Virus record (IMG/VR): IMGVR_UViG_3300030110_003684
DNA from: an uncultured virus (IMG/VR IMGVR_UViG_3300030110_003684)
Lineage: Duplodnaviria > Heunggongvirae > Uroviricota > Caudoviricetes
DNA length: 64,000 nucleotides
Direction: 5' to 3' (one strand)
Below are positions 10,501 to 18,414 of this stretch, one piece after another (position 1 is the stretch's first letter; each line of letters opens with the position of its first letter). The position numbers were made by a program, and so were the translations under genes. Under the pieces are notes generated by a model. The model worked only from the letters and a program-made list of their open reading frames with translations, was not told the DNA's origin and ran no database searches.

Positions 10501-13500
10501 TACAAATCAAGGATTGAGTTATCCTGCTTTTGAATTAAATTTCTATCTTGATGAAAATCATAATACAATCTGGAATACAAGTTTTACGAAAAAAACCTTT
10601 GAAGTTGCAAGAAGTGGTAGAGTTGGAATTGATACTAATGCAAAAGTTTCTCTTGCAGTCAATTCAGATATTCCTGAGCAACTTTACTACTCATTAGATG
10701 TTATTGAAGAGAATGATGTTCCAGAGGTGAAGAGTAGTATTATTGATGATAATACTGTTATTTCTCATAATCAAATCAAAGTAAGTGAAAGTATTTTTAA
10801 TGGAAGATTTGCTGTATCTGTTGGTGCTACAAATTCCTTTAACTACTTTATTGAAAAAATTCCAGAAAAAGTATCATATGCTGGAACAACTTCTAAATTA
10901 AATTATACAACTGATTGCACACATACTGATGGTGCTATAAATTCATTCTCAGTTATTGATGGTGGAACAAATTATTATTCTGTTCCTGGTATTTCAACAA
11001 TAGTAGGAGTTGGCACAACTGATACGGGATCTGGAGCAATTATATCAGTTGAGAGTGAATCAATAGGAAAAATTAAAACAACTAAGATACTTAATATTGG
11101 ATTTGATTTTCCATCAGACCCAACACTAAAACCAAGCACAAATATACCTCAAGTCGTAACTATAGAGTCATTAAACTCTCTTGCGTCTGTTGGTATTGTA
11201 TCTGCAGGTAGAGGATACACTGTAGCACCAAAACCAGTTGTTATAGATGCGGTAACTAAAAAACATGTAAAAGACGCTGATCTTGTCTATAGTTTAGGGG
11301 ACACAAACGTAAAGATACTTAATAATGCTAGAGGAATTAGTAATGTAAATCCAATCATTCGCCCCAGTCAAAATAGTAATGGAATTGGTATTGGAACTGT
11401 TGGATTTAATACTGTTACTCAAAATGTCACTGTTGGTCTTAATACTGGATTTAGCACTGGAGATACTTTCCCATTAAGAGTTGGAGATAAAGTTCTTGTT
11501 GAAGGTGTCAGTATTGGTATTGGATCAACTGGACTTGGTTATAATTCAGAAGGTTTCGACTACAAATTATTTGAAATCACAGAGATTGATGAAAATATTG
11601 GAGGAATCGGATCTGTAACTTATAGTATGTCAGGTGATCTTCCGAGTGGTGTTTTATCACCAGGGTTATATAATGCTCCTAACTCTGTCGGTGCAAGAAT
11701 TATTCCAGAAAGATATTTCCCATCATTTACTTCTGTTCTTAAGCAAAATGAATTCTTTAATGGTGAAATTGTTAAGAGTGATTCTGCAGAGGGTATAGTT
11801 AACTCCTGGGATAAAAAAACAAATTCACTAAGGATTGAGTCAAAACAAGTTTTTGTTGAAAATGAAGTTATTAGAGGATCTGCTTCAAGAACAGAAGGAA
11901 TAGCATTATCTGTTAGATCATATGAGTCTTATCTCAAGATGGGTGTTATATCTAAGACTTTGAGAGGTCATCAAGACGACTCTGGATTCTTGAATACAAA
12001 TATGCAGAGAATTCAAGATAGTGATTATTATCAAACATTTGCATATTCATTAAGTTCAAGAGTTCCTCTTGAAACTTGGAATGATGTTGTTTCATCTACA
12101 AACCACACACTTGGATACAAAAAGTTTGCTGATTATCAACTGGAGTCAGTTACTAGCGTAAGTGTTGGAATTTCAACTGATCAAACTGCGATTGACCAAA
12201 TTATTGATGCAGTTGGTTTTGCAGATTTAAATTGTGTATATGATTTTGATGTAGTAAGTGAAAATTTCTTAAATGTTGGAGATAAAGTATTATCTACAGA
12301 AATTAGATTTGCAAGTAGAATTCTTCAAGATTTCCTTGAATCTGTTGGAAATAGAGTTCTTTCAATTGATGATTTAAGTTCTCAATTTAATAGTGATCCT
12401 AGAGCAACTGCTTTCAGTGTAATTAATACTTTTGCTCTTGAATCAAGAAGAGCAATGAAGTATATCACATATGTTAGAGACACTAGATTCACTGCACAAA
12501 GGCAGTTAATGATTGTTGATCTTATTCATGATGGTGCCCGTGGTTACATCAATCAATATGGAAGAGTTGAAAGCACTTATGATCAGGGATCATTTGACTT
12601 CACCGTTTCTGGAACGGATGGACAATTACAATTCTTCCCAACCAAGTTTAAAGTCAATGATTATCAAATTGCTGCCATCTCATATAATCTAGATGATAAT
12701 TTACTTAGCACTGGAACGACTGCAATTGGACCATCTATTATCGAAACAGATAGTATAACAATTGGTTCTGGAATTGGAGCAACAACGATCGTTAGTATCG
12801 CTAGCACTCATAATTCTGTCAAGGTATTAGTTGAAATTACACCTGATATTAGTACTACTGAATTTGAATATAATAATTTAAATATTGTTCATAATGGAAC
12901 TGATATAGAGTTACTTGAATATGGTCAGCTGACAACTTCTGTTGGTGACGATGCTGATGTTGGTCTTGGAACTTATAGTGCTTTGATCAATGGTTCAAAT
13001 CTTGAAGTTATATTCCACCCCAACTCTGGTGTTGGAATAGGAACAACTGGTGTAGTTAATACCATTCAAGTTGGTTTAGCAACCGCAGGTATTACTGGTA
13101 TTGGAACTCATAATATGAAACATGCCAGAATTGAGTCAAGAACCACCAGCATCTCCTCTTCAGGAACTCCTGGTATTCATACTGTTGCTTCATATCCAGA
13201 TACTTACGATGTAGCATACTTTGTTGCTCAAGTTGCGGATACATCAAATAATCAGTATATGATGACTGAAATTATTGCAGTTGATGATTTTACTGATGAT
13301 GGAACTACTCCAGAAACCTATGATACTGAATTTGGAGAAGTTGGAACTTCTGTAGGTCTTGGAACATTTGGTACAAGAGTTTCTGCTGCTGGAACAACTG
13401 AATTAACATTCACACCAGCAGCTAGTATAAACACTGTCGTGAACGTCTATATGAATGCGTTGAGACACCAAGATGATGGCAAAGACGAAATTGATTTTAA

Positions 13501-16500
13501 TAATGCTGTTATTGAATCTGGATTTGCGTCATATGAAGGAACCGAAAGAGACATTAAGAGAGCGTTTGAGTTAAAACATGAAACCAACCCAATTTTTGAA
13601 AGATCATTTGAGGGTAATGATTCAACTGTTATTAATCTGACCGCAAATACAATTACTCTTCCAAATCACTTCTTTGTCACTGGTGAAAAGATTGAATATA
13701 AGCACGCTGGTGCTGGAACATCCATGGCAATTGGAATTGCTAGCACTTCATTCGTCGGGGTTGGAACCACAACTTCACTACCAGGTGATTTGTTTGTAAT
13801 TAAGGTAACTGATGATGCAATCAAAATTGCCTCTAGTGCTGAAAATGCATTGAAACCAGTTCCCGAAGCAGTTGACTTGACAAGTGTAGGAATAGGAACA
13901 TCGCATAGATTTGTCGCTACAAATAAAAATGCCAAAGGACTAATTGCAATTGACAATATAATTCAATCTCCTGTTGTTTCTACTGCAGTTACTACAACAC
14001 TCGCTGTTAAATTAACCACTACTGATGATAGTATTAGGTTGACAGGAATTACTTCAATTTCTGGTAGTGATTTGCTTAAGATTGGTGATGAAATTTTAAG
14101 AGTTGATGCTGTTGGTGTTGGACAAACAAATAATCTAACTGTAAGAAGAGCATGGTTAGGAACTGGAGTAGGTGCCGCTTTAACAGGTGCTTTAGTGACA
14201 AAGGTTGTTGGTAACTATAATATTGTAAATAATATATTAAACTTTGTAGATGCACCATTTGGCAACAAACCATTAGGTGCTGATACTAATCCACCAGATG
14301 AAAGAGATTGGACTGGAATAACAACCAGTTCTAGTTTCCAAGGAAGAATATTCCTAAGAAGTGGTGTTGTAAACGACTCAAATGATACATATCATGAAAA
14401 TTATGTTTTTGATGATTTATCTCAAGAATTCAATGGTGCTAATAAAGAATTTACATTAAAGGCGGATGGTTCTAATGTTACTGGAATTGCAACTGAAAAT
14501 GCTATCATTCTTGTAAATGATACTTTCCAAACTCCTGGTGGAATAACCGGTGTAATTGCTCCTGAAGATCAACTTGAACAATATACACTATCAGAGAATG
14601 CAGGAATTACCTCAATTTCATTCGTAGGATCTGCGGTTTCAACAACAGCGGATGTAAGAACTTCTAATATTCCAGTAGGCGGTATCATCGTATCTGTTGC
14701 TTCAAGTGAAGGATTTGGTTATCAACCTCTTGTATCTGCAGGAGGAACTGCAACAGTTTCTATTGCTGGAACCATTCAATCAATAAGTATTGGGAATAGT
14801 GGTTCTGGATATAGAGCAGGAATTCAAACAACTGTAAATGTTGGAGTTGCTACTACTTCTCTTACTAGAACTAATCGAGTAAACATTGGAACTGCAACAA
14901 TAAGTGGGGGAAACATTGTTAGTATTGCTATTACAAACCCAGGAACTGGTTATACATCTACTAATCCACCTCTGGTTATAATTGATGAACCACTAAGTTA
15001 CAGCAATATTCCATTAATTTATAGTTCTAGTTCTGCTGGTATAGGAACCGGTGCTAAAATTGACATAGTAGTTGGTCAAGGATCAAGTGTAATCGACTTT
15101 ACAATAAAGAACACTGGATATGGTTATGGAAATAACCAAACATTAACCGTTGCTATTGGCGGCACTATTGGTATTCCAACTGATACAACTAAAACCTTTG
15201 AAGAATTTAAAATTGATATTGAAGAAATAGCGAGCGATGAATTTACTGGATGGTCAATTGGAGAATTACAAGTCATTGATAATATTGGAAAATTTATCAA
15301 TGGAACCAGAACTAACTTCCCAATTGAAGTTGATGGAGTTGTTACTTCGATTGTTGCAGGTAAAGGATCTAAAGTTAATGTTCAAGATGTGATTCTTGTA
15401 TTTGTAAATAATATCCTTCAAGTTCCTGGTAAAGGTTACATATTTGAAGGTGGATCTCAACTTGAGTTTACAGAAGCTCCTAAGATCGGTGACACTGTTG
15501 AAATTGTTTTCTACAAAGGAACTGGTTCTCAAGACGTTGTATTGAGAGAGATTATTGAAACGGTTAAAGAAGGTGATACACTTCAAATTCAAAATAATGA
15601 CATATTTACGAATGAAGAAGTAAGATCTGTTAATTTTGTATCTGGAACTGATGTTGCGGAGACAAATCCTTATCGCGGTCCTGGTAATGTTCAAAATACT
15701 GCTTTACTCAGACCTGTTGTTTGGTGTAGACAAATTGAGGACAAAATTATCAATGAAAAAGAAGTTGGTAAAGATAGAGAACTTTATGAACCAGTGGTTA
15801 ACCCAACTGCACATATTATTAAAACAGTTGGAGTAGGTGCTACTCAAATTTTTGTTGATACACTTAGACCTCTATTTAATATTCGCAATGAAATTACTGA
15901 TAAGGTCAACCTCACCTTCCAAAATAAAGTTAAATTTATTCCTCAAGATGATAAAGTTTCTGCTGCTGGAACTGCGATCGTCTCTATTGCAGGAACAATT
16001 ACCTCGGTTGCTATTTCTACTGGTGGAGTTGGATATTCAACTGCATTAGTGAGTTTTGGTAGTACAAATGGAGTTGGTATAGGAACTACAACAACTGCTC
16101 TTGGCACAGTTACAATCGGTGCGGCAGGAACTATCACAGGTGTAGCGATCACTAATCCTGGTCTTGGTTATACCCAAACCAATCCACCACTTGTTCTGTT
16201 TAGTCCTCCTACAAGAGGAGTAGAAGAGAATGAAGTTAATTCCTACAATGGTGATAATGGAGTAATTGTTGGATTTGGTACTACCTCTGTAGGAATTGGA
16301 ACAACTCAGTTTATCTTTGACTTACACATCCCACTTAATTCTTTCTTAAGAAATGTAGGATATAATACTGATATTGTTGCAACAGCAGTGACTGCAAGTT
16401 CACTGAGTTCTGGCGATTACTTTATGATATTTAATTCAAATGTAGGATCTTCATCAACATCTATTACTTCAATTGATACCTCTGGGAATACAGTGGGAAT

Positions 16501-16825
16501 TGGAACTTCTAATATTGATAATATATACTTTGTTCAAAGTGCTGAAACTGTATATCGACCAACAGGAGTTAATTCTGAGGGAGTGGGAATTGGTACATCT
16601 CACATTACTAGAGTATTTGTTAATGTTAATAATAACTTCCCATATGGTTCAGGTATTCAAACTTCTAATTCATTCGGTGAATTTAGTTGGGGAAGAATTG
16701 ATCTTAAGTCAAGATCTAAAGTAACTTCCTATAGTGCGTTTACTACTGGTGGAATTGGTGGCATATCCACCTCTACGTTTGTTCAAAGGTCTAAATCACT
16801 AAGATTTAAAGATTATGATATTTGA
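4598..16825 (+). CDS. gp7: Giant baseplate wedge initiator (gp7-like) virion protein, 4075 aa
   Basis: Lies between gp6 and gp8; N-terminal 'QVPQYVREDYP..EFLKQYY' and 'KDFYLSKGT..SY.ILFKALY'; later 'RIQDSDYYQ.FAYSL.S' motif. Confidence 0.75.
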   Translation: MSEKRIKINSIVKNQVPQYVREDYPLVTEFLKQYYIAQEYQGAPLDLLQNIDKYVKIDETTNLSTSVGLSTVLNSFENIISIDLSKDPSGTDGFPDSYGLLKIDNEIITYTGKTKSTFTGCVRGFSGITSYSSSSNPEQLVFDTSVGAAHTFGSRVENLSNLFLKEFLTKTKSQILPGLEERSFNENLNQNVFLKNSKDFYLSKGTDRSYEILFKALYAENVKIVRPGEFLFTPSNAQYNVTNDLVVEPIKGDPVNLELMSLFQDAYDDQERAYAPISNVETIITGTGQTFYRLSVDAGSNKDIRVDGSIYGAFGVQPKTRLIGNAGIGLTVLDVDSTIGFATSGTLFVTFNDTSTGIVSYTSKSNNQFFGVNGVDKPILDSAIVGVNTFAYGRSKNNFDETIEVRINNVIADCEHPDTYHQGLDDTILIKTLGIGNTTFKYRNWYYNTAPSYNVASFTLIDSSDNTYRLYLNKDHYFKVGDRITLNGNVSGDKPLSTVTKIITERSVLVKGQGELNSAEKFIAKRSLLKAESNNFPGAAVYSANVQNLYKKKYEDDIIVASSSIPFYNANSLNVTSRSVEFSGTFIGDEFEIILTGDHGFFTGDALYYTPETVEETSTNRQTGITTTKSVLGSTLFDGNDGGEGLYFVERVSPRKIKLAKSRTELYNQNYITLESSTPVTKNKFDLYDFRKRTLETQKLYRKISEPIAADGVNVTNPGFTGILVNGVEILNYKSKDVVKYGEIKKVDVLNGGDGYDVINPPVLSINDSVGVGATGTISVSGVLEEIRLIDPGFDYQETPRITITGGNGNGAEASVSLKSTEHKISFKSDPIAGSVGLGTTGTLPSTIGFGTFHKFKTGEKVLYISDNQTVVGGLTTNTSYFISQVGLTTIRLHPTQADAVSGINTIVLSSYGSGIQFFKAIENKKIIESITVISGGEGYQNNKRAITPAGINTASNVFNVINHDFNSGDIINYTCNGTSPTGLTTNTQYYITKISDDSFKLSNVGVTTNKDSFFKTKRYVDISSVGVGTHFFNYPDIEVSLIGRVGLASTGNTNFEAKIQPIFRGQITSIDLTENGVGYGASEIINFERLPNITAGVGSDAQLLPIIKNGSIEEIVVENNGTGYFSIPDVLVNGDGFGAVVTPVLKTVGSGSSETKAIDYIKVISGGTNYTQNTTTVSVVSAGSGAQFFPLIQEWRINLVNRFFETAKVTSDDGFISRGTNSAYGLQYAHLYAPRPLRESLNPTDQVGNVIYRKNDIVKVNGIEVESSNHSPIIGWAYDGNPIYGPYGFSGKNGGVVTQMKSGYNEDSLSKSQRPPVTVFPGGYFVEDYTYKNIVDESVLDKNNGRFCVTPEFPNGTYAYFATIDDSLAQGQGSVFSGYKLPVFPYLVGESFHSKLDQFNLSAESNQDVYKIEDFDYCRNTDPYNLIDGDVSYSYVTTPNNLDQKVEVLAVTPGKVEKIGIETGGDGYKVGDKIQFNNDNTKGTNAIAKVATLKGKQVESVSVATSTINNVEIYPGSKDQYIISADNPHNFKKFDNIVISGLSTTSSKIGGFYSAGISSNRLTIVGVGTLSSGIGSVGVTGIVTHVRVTGNLNYPQIKENDILSVGTEQVKVLNVDILNSRIRVLRGINGVVGASHTVTSILLEDPRRLTISAGFNTTYAPRLNKQIYFNPSESVGLGTAVGVGIGSTIVFSNPGAGITRVDIPTKGIYIKDHGLQTGDQLTYSPGNGSGIDVLNIVGAASTLADSQTLFAARISNDVIGVATVKVGIGTTGSFVGIASTQRNISTLFFAGFGTGVYHSFKTNFSVITAKLERNQVTVQTKQAHGIQGRHEVDIDVSPSISTTVTLKYNDFNRRVIVNPKDFAADGVNTSTNTITINNHGYETGEKIIHTASIPAIGLSNNAIYYIVKVDKNSFKLSNTEYESKLDKPQTVGIASTSSGTINAINPKIDVYKESTVEFDLSDPSLSYTNQGLSYPAFELNFYLDENHNTIWNTSFTKKTFEVARSGRVGIDTNAKVSLAVNSDIPEQLYYSLDVIEENDVPEVKSSIIDDNTVISHNQIKVSESIFNGRFAVSVGATNSFNYFIEKIPEKVSYAGTTSKLNYTTDCTHTDGAINSFSVIDGGTNYYSVPGISTIVGVGTTDTGSGAIISVESESIGKIKTTKILNIGFDFPSDPTLKPSTNIPQVVTIESLNSLASVGIVSAGRGYTVAPKPVVIDAVTKKHVKDADLVYSLGDTNVKILNNARGISNVNPIIRPSQNSNGIGIGTVGFNTVTQNVTVGLNTGFSTGDTFPLRVGDKVLVEGVSIGIGSTGLGYNSEGFDYKLFEITEIDENIGGIGSVTYSMSGDLPSGVLSPGLYNAPNSVGARIIPERYFPSFTSVLKQNEFFNGEIVKSDSAEGIVNSWDKKTNSLRIESKQVFVENEVIRGSASRTEGIALSVRSYESYLKMGVISKTLRGHQDDSGFLNTNMQRIQDSDYYQTFAYSLSSRVPLETWNDVVSSTNHTLGYKKFADYQLESVTSVSVGISTDQTAIDQIIDAVGFADLNCVYDFDVVSENFLNVGDKVLSTEIRFASRILQDFLESVGNRVLSIDDLSSQFNSDPRATAFSVINTFALESRRAMKYITYVRDTRFTAQRQLMIVDLIHDGARGYINQYGRVESTYDQGSFDFTVSGTDGQLQFFPTKFKVNDYQIAAISYNLDDNLLSTGTTAIGPSIIETDSITIGSGIGATTIVSIASTHNSVKVLVEITPDISTTEFEYNNLNIVHNGTDIELLEYGQLTTSVGDDADVGLGTYSALINGSNLEVIFHPNSGVGIGTTGVVNTIQVGLATAGITGIGTHNMKHARIESRTTSISSSGTPGIHTVASYPDTYDVAYFVAQVADTSNNQYMMTEIIAVDDFTDDGTTPETYDTEFGEVGTSVGLGTFGTRVSAAGTTELTFTPAASINTVVNVYMNALRHQDDGKDEIDFNNAVIESGFASYEGTERDIKRAFELKHETNPIFERSFEGNDSTVINLTANTITLPNHFFVTGEKIEYKHAGAGTSMAIGIASTSFVGVGTTTSLPGDLFVIKVTDDAIKIASSAENALKPVPEAVDLTSVGIGTSHRFVATNKNAKGLIAIDNIIQSPVVSTAVTTTLAVKLTTTDDSIRLTGITSISGSDLLKIGDEILRVDAVGVGQTNNLTVRRAWLGTGVGAALTGALVTKVVGNYNIVNNILNFVDAPFGNKPLGADTNPPDERDWTGITTSSSFQGRIFLRSGVVNDSNDTYHENYVFDDLSQEFNGANKEFTLKADGSNVTGIATENAIILVNDTFQTPGGITGVIAPEDQLEQYTLSENAGITSISFVGSAVSTTADVRTSNIPVGGIIVSVASSEGFGYQPLVSAGGTATVSIAGTIQSISIGNSGSGYRAGIQTTVNVGVATTSLTRTNRVNIGTATISGGNIVSIAITNPGTGYTSTNPPLVIIDEPLSYSNIPLIYSSSSAGIGTGAKIDIVVGQGSSVIDFTIKNTGYGYGNNQTLTVAIGGTIGIPTDTTKTFEEFKIDIEEIASDEFTGWSIGELQVIDNIGKFINGTRTNFPIEVDGVVTSIVAGKGSKVNVQDVILVFVNNILQVPGKGYIFEGGSQLEFTEAPKIGDTVEIVFYKGTGSQDVVLREIIETVKEGDTLQIQNNDIFTNEEVRSVNFVSGTDVAETNPYRGPGNVQNTALLRPVVWCRQIEDKIINEKEVGKDRELYEPVVNPTAHIIKTVGVGATQIFVDTLRPLFNIRNEITDKVNLTFQNKVKFIPQDDKVSAAGTAIVSIAGTITSVAISTGGVGYSTALVSFGSTNGVGIGTTTTALGTVTIGAAGTITGVAITNPGLGYTQTNPPLVLFSPPTRGVEENEVNSYNGDNGVIVGFGTTSVGIGTTQFIFDLHIPLNSFLRNVGYNTDIVATAVTASSLSSGDYFMIFNSNVGSSSTSITSIDTSGNTVGIGTSNIDNIYFVQSAETVYRPTGVNSEGVGIGTSHITRVFVNVNNNFPYGSGIQTSNSFGEFSWGRIDLKSRSKVTSYSAFTTGGIGGISTSTFVQRSKSLRFKDYDI

Positions 16826-16827
16826 AC

Positions 16828-16835
16828 TATAAATA
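16828..16835 (+). promoter_or_regulatory. T4-like late promoter
   Basis: TATAAATA upstream of gp8. Confidence 0.8.
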
Positions 16836-16854
16836 AAGAAAAAAACAGTGTGTA

Positions 16855-18408
16855 ATGGCTGCAATTATAACTGATCAAATTAGAATATTAAATGCAAAGA
16901 ATTTTGTTGCAGGTGTAACTACCTCTACTAACGCATATTATTCTTTCATTGGATTGACGAACGCAACTGATTACAGTTCAACATGGGATCAAGATCCTCC
17001 CTCACCAAAAGATAGTTTTGATGAGGAGAATCAATATTGGGATTCGATGGTTGCTCTTAAAAAGATCAACTCATCTGATGTAAGGCAAGTTGTTACAAAA
17101 AGGAATTGGTCTTCAGGAACTACCTATGACTTGTACCGTCATGATTACAGTAGAACAAAAACTGCTGCTGTAAGTGGTGCTACTAATTTGTATGCTGCAT
17201 CATATTTTGTAATTAATAGCGATTTTAGAGTTTATATCTGTATACAAAACGGTACTACTCCTGATACACCTAATGGAGCACCATCTCTTGATGAACCAAC
17301 TCATATTGATTTAGAACCAAGAGCAGCTGGAACAAGTGGAGATGGTTATCTTTGGAAATATCTTTATTCTATTAAACCAAGTGATATTGTAAAATTTGAA
17401 GCAACTGCTTTTATGCCAGTTCCTCTGAATTGGGGAACAACCAGCGAAAATGAACTTGTAAGAGATAATGCAGTTGATGGATCAATTAAAGTTGCTACCA
17501 TAACTGATAGAGGAGCGGGTGTTGGACCTGTGGGTGCTACTCGATATGCTAACGTTCCAATCAAAGGTGATGGAAGCGGTGCAGAATGTACAATTGTTAC
17601 TACCAATGATCAAAGAGTAGATTCGATTACTATTACCAATCAGGGATCTGGATACACTTTTGGTAATGTAGATTTATCGGCAGGAAACGTTCCTACTGGT
17701 ACGACTAGACCTACTTTTGATGTAATTATCTCTCCTCAGGGAGGACATGGTAAAGATATCTATAGAGAATTAGGAGCAACTAATGTTCTTCTTTATTCTA
17801 GAATTGAAAATGATAATGAAAACCCCGATTTCATTACTGGAAATCAAATTGCAAGAGTTGGTCTTGTAGAAAATCCAAGAACTACTTCAAATACTTTACT
17901 ATCTGCTGATAAAGCAAGTGCGGTTGGTGCTTTAAGGTTAGCAGGAGCAGGATATAGTTCTGCTGCCTTTTCTGCTGATTCCTATTTTACTCAAACTGTA
18001 TCTACAGGGACAACTGCTCAAGGAAGAGTAATTAGTTATAACCAAACAACTGGTGTACTTAAGTATTGGCAGGACAGAACAGTTGCTGGATTTAATACAG
18101 TTGGAACTGCTCAAACTACACCGACTTATGGATTTGATTTGACAGAGTTTACTTCTACTCCTGCCACGGGTGGTAGTTTGACAATCACTCCAACAACAGG
18201 TGTTGATTTACAAATTGATTCAAACTTTAGTGGTATCCAAACCACAATAAATAGTAGGACATATAATCTTGGTCTTACTTTTACGGATGGTATTGCACCT
18301 GCAGAAGTGAAAAAATATGCAGGAAACATTGTTTATGTTGATAATAGACCATCCATAACAAGGTCATCTAACCAAAAAGAAGATATCAAAATTGTTTTGC
18401 AGTTCTAA
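16855..18408 (+). CDS. gp8: Baseplate wedge subunit gp8
   Basis: 'MAAIITDQIRILNAKNF', 'WSSGTTYDLYRHDY', 'DGYLWKYLYSI', C-terminal 'YVDNRPSITRSSNQKEDIKIVLQF'. Confidence 0.9.
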   Translation: MAAIITDQIRILNAKNFVAGVTTSTNAYYSFIGLTNATDYSSTWDQDPPSPKDSFDEENQYWDSMVALKKINSSDVRQVVTKRNWSSGTTYDLYRHDYSRTKTAAVSGATNLYAASYFVINSDFRVYICIQNGTTPDTPNGAPSLDEPTHIDLEPRAAGTSGDGYLWKYLYSIKPSDIVKFEATAFMPVPLNWGTTSENELVRDNAVDGSIKVATITDRGAGVGPVGATRYANVPIKGDGSGAECTIVTTNDQRVDSITITNQGSGYTFGNVDLSAGNVPTGTTRPTFDVIISPQGGHGKDIYRELGATNVLLYSRIENDNENPDFITGNQIARVGLVENPRTTSNTLLSADKASAVGALRLAGAGYSSAAFSADSYFTQTVSTGTTAQGRVISYNQTTGVLKYWQDRTVAGFNTVGTAQTTPTYGFDLTEFTSTPATGGSLTITPTTGVDLQIDSNFSGIQTTINSRTYNLGLTFTDGIAPAEVKKYAGNIVYVDNRPSITRSSNQKEDIKIVLQF

Positions 18409-18414
18409 AGAATT

